A DNA stretch of 64,000 nt from Eledone cirrhosa (lineage: Eukaryota): positions 259,656,001 to 259,720,000 of the forward strand of contig OZ024740.1 in NCBI GenBank assembly GCA_964016885.1. Reading direction: 5' to 3'. The translations under genes were made by a program, and so were the position numbers. The stretch's first letter is position 1, and every line of letters begins with the position of its first letter. Of this stretch, positions 34,801 through 49,800 are shown piece after piece. The notes under the pieces are model-generated. The model was not told the DNA's origin. It did no database searches and worked only from the letters and a program-made list of their open reading frames with translations.

Positions 34801-37800
34801 TTGTGTAGGAGTCAAAACAAAGGGCACCCAGCCCACACTGTAAAGTGGTTGTGTAGGAGTCAAAACAAAGGGCACCCAGCCCACACTGTAAAGTGGTTGT
34901 GTAGGAGTCACAACAAAGAGCACCCAGCCCACACCGTAAATGAGGTTGCCATTAGGAAGGGCATCCAGCTGTAGAAATCTAGCCAGAAACAGTTCCGTAT
35001 GATCAAGACACAATCACCTTACCCAACTTTCCTCAAATGGCAACCCATGCTAGCATGGGTTAGATGGGCTGCCATACACCTCATATAGTCCTCTATATGC
35101 ACTTTCATACATCATACAGTCCTCTATATACACTGTCATACACAATACAGTCATCAATATACACTACCATACAGTCCTCTATATACACTACCATACAGTC
35201 TTCTATATACACTGCCAAGCAGCATACAGTCCTCTATATACACTAACATAGTCTTCTATATACATTGTCATACACCATACAGTCCTCTATATACACTAAC
35301 ATACAGTCTTCTATATACATTGCCATACAGTCCTCTATATACACTGCCATACACTCCTCTACATACACTGCCATACAGTCCTCTATATACACTACCATAC
35401 AGTCCTCTATATACACTATCAGGCAGTACTCTATATACACCATACAGTCCTCTATATAAACTACCATACAGTCCTCTGTATACACTGCCATACAGTCCTC
35501 TATTTACACTACCATACAGTCCTCTATATACACTATCATGCAGTACTCTATATACACCATACAGTCCTCTATATAAACTACCATACAGTCCTCTATATAC
35601 ACTGCCATACACCATACAGTCCTCTATATACACTGCCATACACCATAAGTCCGCTATATACACTACCATACAGTCCTCTATATACATTGCCATACACCAT
35701 ACAATCCTCTATATACACTATCATACACCATACAGTCCTCTATATACATTGCCATACACCATACAGTCCTCTATATACACTACCATACATCATACAGCCC
35801 ACTATATACACTACCATACAGTCCTCTATACACTATCATACACCATACAGTCTTCTATATACACTACCATACAGTCCTCTATATACACTACCATACATCA
35901 TTCAGTCCTCTATATACACTACCATACATCATACAGTCCTCTATATACACTACCAAACATCATTCAGTCCTCTATATACACTACCATACATCATACAGTC
36001 CTCTATATACACTACTATACACCATACAGTCCTCTATATACACTACCATACACCATACAGTCCTCTATATACACTACCATACACCATACAGTCCTCTATA
36101 TACACTACCATACAACATACAATCCGCTATATACACTACCATACAGTCCTCTATATACACTACCATACAGTCCTCTATATACACTACCATACATCATACA
36201 GCCCACTATATACACTACCATACACCATACAGTCCTCTATACACTATCATACACCATACAGTCCTCTATATACACTGCCATACACCATACAGTCCTCTAT
36301 ATACACTACCATACACCATACAGTCCTCTATATACACTACCATACACCATACAGTCCTCTATATACACTGCCATACACCATACCGTCCTCTATATACACT
36401 GCCATACACCATACAGTCCTCTATATACACTACCATACACCATACAGTCCTCTATATACACTACCATACATCATTCAGTCCTCTATATACACTACCATAC
36501 ACCATACAGTCCTCTATATACACTACCATACACCATACAGTCCTCTATATACACTACCATACATCATTCAGTCCTCTATATACACTACCATAAACCATAC
36601 AGTCCTCTATATACACTACCATACACCATACAGTCCTCTATATACACTGCCATACACCATACAGTCCTCTATATACACTACCATACATCATTCTATATAC
36701 ACTACCATACATCATATAGTCCTCTATATACACTGCCATACACCATACAATCCTCTATATACACTACCATACATCATTCAGTCCTCTATATACACTACCA
36801 TACATCATATAGTCCTCTATATACACTGCCATACACCATACAATCCTCTACATACACTACCATACATCATTCAGTCCTCTATATACACTGCCATACACCA
36901 TACAGTCCTCTATATACACTACCATACAGTCCTCTATATACACTACCATACATCATTCAGTCCTCTATATACACTACCATACACCATACAGTCCTCTATA
37001 TACACTACCATACACCATACAGTCCTCTATATACACTGCCATACACCATACAGTCCTCTATATACACTACCATACATTATTCAGTCCTCTATATACACTG
37101 CCATACACCATATAGTCCTCTATATACACTACCATACATCATACAGTCCTCTATATACACTACCATACATCATTCAGTCCTCTATACACTATCATACACC
37201 ATATAGTACTCTATATACACTGCCATACATCATAGTCCTCTATATACACTGCCATACATCATTCAGTCCTCTATATACACTACCATACATCATACAGTCC
37301 TCTATATACACTACCATATATCATTCAGTCCTCTATATACACTACCATACATCATTCAGTCCTCTATATACACTACCATACATCATATAGTCCTCTATAC
37401 ACACTACCATACATCATTCAGTCCTCTATACACACTACCATACACCATATAGTCCTCTATATACACTACCATACATCATACAGTCCTCTATATACACTAC
37501 CATACACCATTCAGTCCTCTATATACACTACCATACACCATACAGTCCTCTATATACACTACCATACACCATACAGTCCTCTATATACACTGCCATACAC
37601 CATACAGTCCTCTATATACACTACCATACACCATACAGTCCTCTATATACACTGCCATACACCATACAGTCCTCTATATACACTACCATACATTATTCAG
37701 TCCTCTATATACACTGCCATACACCATATAGTCCTCTATATACACTACCATACATCATACATTCCTCTATATACACTACCATACATCATTCAGTCCTCTA

Positions 37801-40800
37801 TATACACTATCATACACCATATAGTCCTCTATATACACTGCCATACATCATAGTCCTCTATATACACTGCCATACATCATATAGTCCTCTATATACACTA
37901 CCATACATCATACAGTCCTCTATATACACTACCATACATCATTCAGTCCTCTATATACACTACCATACATCATATAGTCCTCTATATACACTGCCATACA
38001 CCATACAATCTTCTATATACACTACCATACACCATACAGTCCGCTATATACACTACCATACAGTCCTCTATATACACTACCATACATCATACAGCCCACT
38101 ATATACACTACCATACACCATACAGTCCTCTATACACTATCATACACCATACAGTCCTCTATATACACTGCCATACACCATACAGTCCTCTATATGCACT
38201 ACCATTCACCATACAGTCCTCTATATACACTACCATACATCATTCAGTCCTCTATATACACTGCCATACACCATACCGTCCTCTATATACACTGCCATAC
38301 ACCATACAGTCCTCTATATACACTACCATACACCATACAGTCCTCTATATACACTACCATACATCATTCAGTCCTCTATATACACTACCATACAGTCCTC
38401 TATATACACTACCATACACCATACAGTCCTCTATATACACTACCATACATCATTCAGTCCTCTATATACACTACCATACACCATACAGTCCTCTATATAC
38501 ACTACCATACACCATACAGTCCTCTATATACACTGCAATACACCATACAGTCCTCTATATACACAACCATACATCATTCAGTCCTCTATATACACTACCA
38601 TACACCATACAGTCCTCTATATACACTGCCATACACCATACAGTCCTCTATATACACTACCATACATTATTCAGTCCTCTATATACACTGCCATACACCA
38701 TACAGTCCTCTATATACACTACCATACATTATTCAGTCCTCTATATACACTGCCATACACCATATAGTCCTCTATATACACTACCATACATTATTCAGTC
38801 CTCTATATACACTGCCATACACCATACAGTCCTCTATATACACTACCATACATTATTCAGTCCTCTATATACACTGCCATACACCATATAGTCCTCTATA
38901 TACACTACCATACATTATTCAGTCCTCTATATACACTGCCATACACCATACAGTCCTCTATATACACTATCATACACCATATAGTCCTCTATATACACTG
39001 CCATACATCATAGTCCTCTATATACACTGCCATACATCATTCAGTCCTCTATATACACTACCATACATCATATAGTCCTCTATATACACTGCCATACACC
39101 ATACAATCCTCTATATACACTACCGTACATCATATAGTCCTCTATATACACTGCCATACACCATACAATCCTCTATATACACTACCATACACCATATAGT
39201 CCTCTATATACACTAGCATACATCATTCAGTCCTCTATATACACTATCATACACCATATAGTCCTCTATATACACTGCCATACATCATAGTCCTCTATAT
39301 ACACTGCCATACATCATTCAGTCCTCTATATACACTACCATACATCATACAGTCCTCTATATACACTACCATACATCATTCAGTCCTCTATATACACTAC
39401 CATACATCATTCAGTCCCCTATATAAACTACCATACATCATATAGTCCTCTATATACACTGCCATACACCATACAATCCTCTATATACACTACCATACAT
39501 CATATAGTCCTCTATATACACTGCCATACACCATACAATCCTCTATATACACTACCATACACCATATAGTCCTCTATATACACTACCATACATCATTCAG
39601 TCCTCTATATACACTACCATACACCATATAGTCCTCTATATACACTGCCATACACCATACAGTCCTCTATATACACTACCATACACCATACAGTCTTCTA
39701 TATACACTACCATACATCATTCAGTCCTCTATATACACTACCATACACCATACCGTCCTCTATATACACTATCATACACCATATAGTCCTCTATATACAC
39801 TGCCATACATCATACAGTCCTCTATATACACTACCATACATCATTCAGTCCTCTATATACACTACCATACATCATACAGTCCTCTATATACACTACCATA
39901 CATCATTCAGTCCTCTATATACACTACCATACACCATACCGTCCTCTATATACACTATCATACACCATATAGTCCTCTATATACACTACCATACATCATT
40001 CAGTCCTCTATATACACTACCATACATCATTCAGTCCTCTATATACACTACCATACACCATACCGTCCTCTATATACACTACCATACACCATATAGTCCT
40101 CTATATACACTGCCATACATCATAGTCCTCTATATACACTGCCATACACCTACCATACATCATTCAGTCCTCTATATACACTATCATACACCATATAGTC
40201 GTCTATATACACTGCCATACACCTACTATACACCATACAGTCCGCTATATACACTACCATACATCATACAGTCAGCTATATACACTGCCATACACCATAC
40301 AGTCCTCTATATATATGGTCTATGTTTCAATACCATACAGAGAGAGAGAGAGTATGTGTGTGTGTATGTATGTATTTTTGTATCTGTGTGTATGTATGTA
40401 TTTTTGTGTTTGTGTGTATGTTTGTGTCTGTATGCATGTATATTTGTGTATGTATGTGTGAGTATGTATGTATGTGTGTGCATGTATGTGTGTGTGTGAG
40501 CTTGTGTGTGTGCTTGTGTGTGTGTGTGTGTGTGTAGGTATATATATATATATACCTGCTTAAATACTGATGCCTCCTCTTCAGCCACTCCTGTTTCTCT
40601 TCATCCAACTGTTCTGAAACGGTTTTGATTTCCTTCAATGTAACAAACAAAATATAGTTAGTGCTGGATGGTCATGCATGGAGTGGGTTGAATATCAAAT
40701 ATTTGTGGTGGTGTTAGTAGTAGTATGATGGTGGTAGTGATGGTAGTGTGGTGTTGGAGGTGGTAGTGTTGTGATGGTGGTGGTGGCAATGACAAAAAAT

Positions 40801-43800
40801 ATGCCACCACCACTACAAGCACCAATGACCTGGATTACACAACGGTTTTTGTGGCACTATTATATGTTCAAGATACCTTTTCTGGTGCCAACCCTTATCC
40901 CACAGTTTCCATTTACCAAAACACTTGGGTTGAAAAGACACTCCCCCAGTAGGATCAAACCTGGGACTTCAAAATGGTGGAGTAAACTGTTTAACCATTC
41001 AGCCATGGGTTTACCCAGTTATACATAATACCAGTGTGGTGGTGGCAGCAGTAATATATAAGTGCAGAAGTGGTATTATAGCATGGCATGGTCTGTGTAG
41101 AGCTAGTAATAAGTTCAGGCCAGATATAAAAAGTAGCCCCCTCTCCCTCCAAGTCTGTAATAGGTCCAAGTAGATGTAGTGGTATAGTAGTGTTGTTACA
41201 GCAGATGCAGTATGGTAGTATCAGTGGTGTTTTACAGTAGATGCTGTAGTATGTTAGGGACATACCTGCTCCAATTTGCCTTTATCCGGAGTGTTGTTAT
41301 GGATCTCTGAAGAGAAAAGTAGCCGAGATCCAGACTTCTTGAGCAATCCAAACAGACAATTGATGTTGTCTTGTTGACTGTTTGACAACTGGTCCTTGTA
41401 ATTGGACAGCAACTCATGGAGGAATGCCAATAGACTGTTGACCTGTAGTGAAATACAATAGAGAGGTTGACTGGATGAGGAGCAATGGGGCAAAGGGTAG
41501 CTGAAAGGTGGGGGAATTTGAGGAAGATGGGAAGTTATAATACTGTGGCTGGGTCATGGAGCAAAGATAAATGAGAAAGTTACCCTAGTCAACTTCTAGA
41601 GAGGGTTGATTGGAAAGCTACCCACCTATGGACTGGAGGTAAATACAAAAAGAGGATTCAACATGTAATCATCTTCATCACATACCCACATGAATGCTAC
41701 CCTAACCTCTCATCTATTCTCACTACATATTGGAATATCCTAGACACCTCTTAAAGCACCTGTATGTCTGACAAAACACAGTCCCATGACTGCAGCCCCC
41801 CATTTATGGTTAGGCTATTTAATACACATTTTGTCTACAGTAAATAACTTCTGACTCCGACATTCTCATTGGTGGTCACTCCTCTTTACTCATTTCATGT
41901 AGATTGAAAGGATACTTACCAATGGTGTGAGGGAAAATAGATCACAAGGTAGATCAGAAGGTAACTTACCCATGGACTGGAGGAAAACATTGACTTGAAG
42001 ATCTCGCGATGCTTTATTTCTTTGACCATGTAGAAGACGACAAAAATCCGTTCATAGAACTCAATGGCAGGTGACAACATGGAAACTATGAGACGAGCTG
42101 TCTAGAAATAGAAAACAAATAAGAGGTTAGGTCTTTAATGAGTAGAATGACTGATGTAGGGAGTAAAGTAGAGTGGTGTAGTGTAGGGGAGGAGGTAAAG
42201 TAGAGCTTATGTAGTGTAGGGGAAGGATGTAAAGTAGAGAGTAGTGAGGTGTGGAGAAGAAGGTAAAGTAGAGTGATGTAAGGGAGGGGGTGAAGTAGAA
42301 AGTGGTGTGGTGGTGTAGGGGGTAATGTAGAGTGTGTAGTGTAGTGAGTGTGGAAGTAGCTATTGAATCTAGATTCCAACCCTGCATAATAGGTAACTTA
42401 TAAACAGTATTTCTAATGAAAAAATGCCACCTATGATTTTCATATAATTTTGAAAATACTCAAGAATTTAAATGGGTTTTACGAATATAACTAATTTTCT
42501 CATTATTAGCTGGTGTTTGAAGGTGGTGGATTGGCAGTATCGTTAGAGCATTGGAAAACATGCTTAGTGGCATATAGTTACGTCTCTTTATGTTCTGAGT
42601 TCGAAACCTGCTGAGGTTAGCTTTGCCTTTCATCCTTACAGGGTTGATAAAATAAAGTACCAGTAACATACTGGGGTCGATTAAATCAACTCCCTTCCCC
42701 ACATAAATTGTTGTGCCAAAATAGAAAACATTATTAAGTTGGTGTTTGAAGCACAACAAAGAAATTAGGATGAATGGTTTTTAGATAAATATAAATACAT
42801 TAAAACAAACTAGCAGAAAAACCATCCTGTGAGCGGTTTTCTGCTAGCATATTTAGTGTGCATATTGATATTGTATGCAAATATATATGTATGTAGATAT
42901 GATATAAATTAAAAAGTAAATTATCATCACTGGCGGCTTGCCTGAGATAACTGGTGATGCTCGTGAGGGTGCTTGGCTGTTCCAGCGCATCAGCCTCAGC
43001 ATCACCTGAGGTAATGCTGCGAGTATGCTGGCTTCCCTCAAAAATTGTTAGAGAGGTTTTCCAATGCTCCTTGCGATATTGTTATCTTTGTTCTGGCAGC
43101 GGTTTGTTTGTCCACCCTTTTCGCCTGCCTTTTTTTGTATATAGTCCTAGATGTGTGTATTACCTGCCTGTGTAGTTTTATTTTATTTTCCTTTCTCTTT
43201 TTTGTTTGTATGTTTGTAAAACAATAAAATAAAACTACATTCGTAACAGTATTTACACAACTGTGAATAAAATCGTAATTGACAATATGCACAGAAATTG
43301 AACGAAGACTGTGTTACACTTTCTTCTGTAATCAGTAATGTAATCCATGATACATTCAAAACAGACAATATCATATTTAAATGGCATTATGGTAAAATGT
43401 TATGAAAATGATATAACGAACACTAATGGAAGTGTTGACATTTGAAAATTTTAAAAGAAGTGAATTTTGAAATAAGCAATACATTTTATATAGAAGGATA
43501 TTTATGTTTAATCAAGAGCTATGAATTTAGTAGATAAATTACATAATATTCATTCATGATTTATTCAAATTAATCCAACTTATTTTAATCCTGACACAGT
43601 CTTGCAGTTCTCCAATCGTTATATATTAGATAGTTTTATATCATAGAAAGAGGGTCAGTTTCAGGTAGTTTGCTAATGAAAGGAGCATTAAATACATCAT
43701 CATTATCATCATCATCATTTTACGTCCGCTTTTCCCTGCTTGCAAGGGTGGGACAGGTCTTATTCAGCACAGCATCTCTCTCTCCCCTTGTCACGGTCCT

Positions 43801-46800
43801 TCGTCATCTCCACCGTGAGCTTCAGCGGTCTGTTCTCACCACCTCCGCCCATGTTTTTCGTGGTCTACATCTACCACGTCTTCCTTCAACTGGCATTTCC
43901 TGGCACTTCTTCACCCGTCGGTCATCCTCCATGCGCATCACATGTCCATACCACCTCAGTCTCCTCTCCCGCACACTACATTCTATCCCTCTCAGACAGT
44001 TTCTCTCTCAACACATCCATGCTGGGTCGTTCACGCACATTGACATTGCACATCCAACGGAGCACGCTTGCCTCATTTCTCTCCAGCCATCGCATATCCT
44101 CTGCAGTTGCTGCCCAAGTCTCACTACCATGCAGCATCGCGCTCATCACACAGGCATCATATAACTGGTTTAATATCCATTTTCCAATGTTCTATGCTAG
44201 CATGGGTTAGACAAGTTGTCCAGTTGTGAGACAAGTCAGATCAGGTGACCATATTTTGCTCACGAAGAACTATTTCCGATTTGGTTTCTACGGCTGGATG
44301 TCCTCCCTAACACCAACCACTTTACAGAGTGTACTGTATATATTTTATCACGGCACCAGGGAGGTTATCTTCTAAAGTTCAACAAGACTAAAGTGTATTG
44401 TCATTATATTGGTTGAGTTTAATCACTAAACACTTTACAGTGTGTACTGGGTTCATTTTATCATAGCACTAGCATTAGGGAGGGGGGTTCTTATGTCCTC
44501 ACAGCAAGGCTAAAGTGTTGCCTCTACCCTATATTGCTTCAGTTTAATCACTTTACAGTGTGTACTGGGTACATTTTATAATGGCACCAGCAGTAGTGAG
44601 GTTGTCTTCTAAAGAATCTTCACTACTCTGAGTTTATTCCTCATCATCATCAATAGAATATATTTCATTCTCGAGACAAGGCTGGTGCTGCCATCAAAGC
44701 CAACTAAGCTGCTGTAAGTGTGTAGGCCTCAGAGAAGCATATTACTAAGCCTCTTCTTCTTCGCCCACTTATTACTGTGAGGGTTGTGGGGGCAGAGTCC
44801 TCAAACTCCTTCTAGTGAGTCCTGTCAGAAGCAACTGTCTAACTGATCTGACTGCATCCTCAAGTGAGAACAGCCGAACTCATGATTGTTATCCAACCAT
44901 CTTACTTGGGGTCTACCACTGGGTCTCCTGCCAGTTGGTTTTGCCCGTAAAATGTGTCCAGCAATTCTTTCTTGAGACATTCTAACCACATGACCATAAT
45001 ATCGGAGCTGTGATCTCTCAATTTGGAGAAGTAATGCCTCTATATAACACAACTCTCTGATCTCCAAGCTACACTCTCTATCAAGTAACGTTACTCCAAA
45101 AATCCTTCAGAAGAACTCCATTTTGGCCGCTTGTATTCACGATTGTATTCTTTTGATCATTACCCAAGATTCATAACCATAGGTAAGGGTTGGCACAAAT
45201 ACTGAATTGAAGATAGCCAGTTATTACTAAACCTGTAAAGATTAATTATTAACATGTTGCAGTCATAGTGTTGTTTTGTAGGTTTCATGTGGTACAGACC
45301 ATTGAAAGTTAAGAAATATAATACAATAAAGAAAGCAAAACTAAAAACCAGAGACAGGATGGTTGACTTACTTGTTTAAGGAGTGTATCTTTGGCATTGT
45401 GGAAGACTGATGCTTTAGGTTTCCTTGCTTGTAAAATACCTTTTTCCTACAATAGAGGTAGAGAGAGAGAAAGAGAGCAGTCATTAACAGATATTTATAA
45501 TGATCACCACTTATTCTTGGGTCCCAAATAACAGAGTAGGGGTGGAATAAACGGGAGGGTTGGACATTGGTGGTGGGTGGGATGGGGTGGGGGGTTTAAG
45601 TGGGGAGAAAATGGGGTGAGAGGTAAACAAGAGGTTTGGAAAGTTATTTAATTTACATATCCTATTCATTTTATAACGTACGGGATTTCTTGTAATTTTT
45701 TTTTATTATGTATAATATTTTTTAATGTAGAATAAAATTATTAGTTCTACAACTGCTGAATCACTTAGAATAAAATTTTGCAAAATCTAATCAGCGGAGG
45801 GAAGGCAAGGGGGAATCAAAGCGGGGTGGGGTGGGGATTGGAAAAAAATCTGAAAAATTAATAAGCAGAGGGTGATGTGGGGGTGACAATTATTCGAGAC
45901 CTGAAAGTAATGTCTGTCTTCCCATGTGTTGGCATGGGTTGGATAGGTTGTTACAGATATAGTCAGTACTTTATTGTAGCTATTGTCCTCTCATCTTAGG
46001 CTGGCAGCCCACATCTTGTTTACTTACAAATTGGTTTTGGCACAGTTTCTACAGCTGCATACCTATCTTATCACCAACCACTTTACAAAGTATACTGGGT
46101 ACATTTTACAAATGTCGGCTGAAAAGTTCTTAGGCTGACTATGAGGGAGTGATGCTTGAGCTGTGAAATCTTGCATGTGTTAATTTCAACTCTTCTTAAT
46201 AATTGCATTGTTTCTTTCCAAGGACTATATTGAAAAATAAACCCCATTTGGAAATTCCATGAGGGTATCTTGGTCAGCCTATGAACTTTTCAGCTGACCT
46301 TCGTATTGTGGCACAAGCACTAGGAAGGTTGTCATATTTTGGACATGACTAAAGAGTCCTCTCATAAGATATTTATTAAAGATACAATATATAGTAAAAT
46401 ATCTACCAACTATAAACAAAATATTTGAGTACATGGAGGTTACAAATAGATTCAACAGAACCTTCTAGCTGCTTTACAGCTCCCTTTGCTTCCCATTATC
46501 TTATCTTTATCTATAGCTAACCTACTACTATTAATACTAATACTATTGTTGATAGGGCATTGGATTAGCAGTATCAGTAGAGGGTTGGACGCCATGCTTT
46601 CTAGCATAGAGTTACGTCCCTTTAAGGACTGAGTTAACTTTGCCTTTCATCCTTACGGGGGTAAATAAAGTACCAGTAATGTACTGAGTAATTGCTGGCC
46701 TTGTGCCAAAAGTAGAAACAATTATCTTATCTTTATCTTTTTTTATGCTTATTTTGCCTCCAGTTGGCCTTCTTTGTTTAATTCTTTATTTTATTTTATT

Positions 46801-49800
46801 TTATTTTATTTTTAAATTTAAATTTCTATTTTTATATTTTCTCTGTCTATCCTATTTTTTGTTTCTCAACTGTAAAAAGTACGAGCCACTTACTCTAGTC
46901 TGTCATGGCTTACTAGCTCTACACAGACGTTTAAATTGATTAAATAAATAAAAATAAATGATCGTTTCATAAGGAAAGCTTGAGTTGGATGTTATAGAAA
47001 TCATTGGTTGTTATTGTTATTGTTTAAATCTGAGCAGACATAACATAAGAGGTATTCCAGCCATGGCCATCTAGTCTTCCTATTTTGTATATCCAACTCT
47101 GCATAGTCTAATGTAGTTACAATTGAAAAAAAACAAACAAACAAAACAAAACAAAACACACACAAATTTGTTATATTTCTTTGAACATATTTATCATTCA
47201 TTTTGTAATGTTAGAAGTTTTGTTGCCCTGTAGAACTGTGTCACTGACCAGGTCACAAAGAGTGTTACACATATTTTGACAAGAGGAAATATATAATAAA
47301 TGTAAAGTGAATTGTACAGTTTTTGTGGGGTTTCTTATGGCTAAAATGGTCCTTCAACAATGTAATTGTTTTAGTTTCAACACAGTGTCAGATCAAGTCA
47401 TTCGACAAACATGTAAGACTTCTGTCTATCTTAAAATGTGGTGGGAGGGGACAGAGGTGGGAGGCGAAGTGAGGAGGAATCAGAGATGGAAAAGTCAGAG
47501 TGAGGAGGGGACAGAGAGGAGAAAAGAGAGAGGTGGGAGGAGACAGATAGATGAGGAGAGAGAGTTGTGAGCGGAGAAATGTGGGAGGGGACAGGGGTGG
47601 GAGAGAGAGAGAGAGATGGTAGAGGACAGGGGTGGGTGACAGAGATGGGAGGGGACAGAGGAAAGAAAGTACAAAATGGAGGAGACATAAACTAACCTGT
47701 ATACTGGCCAAAGATTTCACTAGAAAGTCCAGTAAATGTGTCCGAAACTGGCTATCTGATGTAAATGCATCACTGGGTCCATTAAAGACAAAGGTCAACT
47801 TTAGTCCTGTTGCTATGGAGCTGGAGTCATTATCTGTAATAAAGGTTCACAAATGACTATTGTTAGAAAATTCATCTGTGAACAACACATATCAAACCCA
47901 CATGCTGTCACACCACAATAACCTATACAACACTGTAATTGCATACTTGGTCTCCTAACTCCTGAAGGAGTTGTATGGGTGGCATACTGACATACAGTGC
48001 TTCTAGGGCATTTTTACACCTGGCAGAACCCATCTCCACTAGATTTCTTCCAGAGAAGTATAGAGAGTAAGATAATGGAAATGAGAAAGAGATATAGAGG
48101 AAGAATCAACACCCTCCCCAGTATTAGACTGGTACTTTTTTTATCAACCTCGAATGGATGAAAGGTGAAGTTGATCCTGGCTGGATTTGAACTCAGAGAG
48201 CAGAGAGCTGAAATGAATACCGCAAAGCATTTTATCCAACATTCTAATGACTCTGCCAATTTGCTGCCTACACTATACAAAACACTATGTGGTCATTAAC
48301 TCTGCAAGATATAGCAGTCACATTTCCCTCAAATTACTCTCAATCATCTTGAAAAAGGTGGAACAAATTGGATGTCGTCCTAGATATAAAATACACGAGA
48401 GGACAGGATGGACATGGATGGAATATCTTTGTTCATTGATCTGCTTAGTCAAGACTGACTTGGGGCTAAACAATACCACCAAACTACCATTCCTTACGGT
48501 CTGAGAGAGAGGACATCTTGAAGTCGATCATTAAAAAAACTACCAAAATTGGAGATACAATATATAGTAAAAGATCTACCATCTAGCTGCTTTAGTTTCC
48601 CTTGCTTCACATTTTTTCTTTACCTTTTTAAAATCTCCAGTTGGCTTTCCTCATTTACATTTTCTATTTTATTTTATTTTAAAATTATATTTTTATTTTT
48701 ATATTCACTTATCTTGTGTTTTGTTTCTCAACTCTAAGAAGTACTAGATACTTCTCCTGGTCCGTGATGTCTTACTAGTTCTATATGGAGTTTTAAATAA
48801 ATAAATAATACATATACCACAAAAGTCAAAACTGACCAGTGCCAATCAGTATCTTACAACACCAGTTATGGTTGATTTTGGCTGACAAAAATAACTCAAT
48901 AAAACATGTAGTGGGTTGACAATGAGTAACCTACAACAGATGTAGGGGTTGACCAAGAGTAACCTACAACAGATGTAGGGGTTGACCAAGAGTAACCTAC
49001 AACACGCAAACCAGATTAAGCAAGATAATCACCTCACACCACTACACTATACTGTCACACCACCACACTATACTGTCACACCACCACACTATACTGTCCC
49101 ACCACCACACTATACTGTCACATCACACTAAACACACTAATCATATTAAACAGGGTACTCCCCCTCCAAACACACTAACCATACTATCACACCACCACAC
49201 CACTACATCACACTAACCATATTAAACAGAGTACCCCCCGAACACACTAACCATACTATCACACCACCACACCACTACATCACACTAAACACACAAACCA
49301 GATTAAACATCACACCATACTGTCACACCTCCAAACACTACACCATACAGTCACACCACCACATCACAACCTCGTCACACCACTACAACACCACACTAAC
49401 CAGATTAAACAAGATGCTCACCTCCAAACACCACTAGATCTACAGCCATCAGAATTAGTTTTCTCAAGCGGTCAGAGAGTTCAGACCCTGACACTTTATT
49501 GGTCTCTTTCTTCTTTTTCTGACCCCATAGAGTTGACCACTGAGATATGTTGGAGAGGAATTTGTCTGTGGGATCAGACAAAGGCAACAAAGACCACTGT
49601 GAATTCTTCAGTTCTTTGTTTTTCAAGCTCTGTTGTTCATCTTAAAATAAAAAAGAAAGATATTCTTTCATTTTAAGTAGCAGTGATTTCCAATCAATAA
49701 TTTCATTGGATGCATATATACACCTATAACACCGATGTGAGGCCGAACAGAGGGTGGGGACAATCATGGTTAAAACAAGTTTAGTCTGTATTACTAATAC

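Noticed and set aside
35268-39075. 628-, 567- and 293-aa ORFs
   Set aside because: Translations of the 31-bp satellite, open in several frames at once, intronic and without domain content
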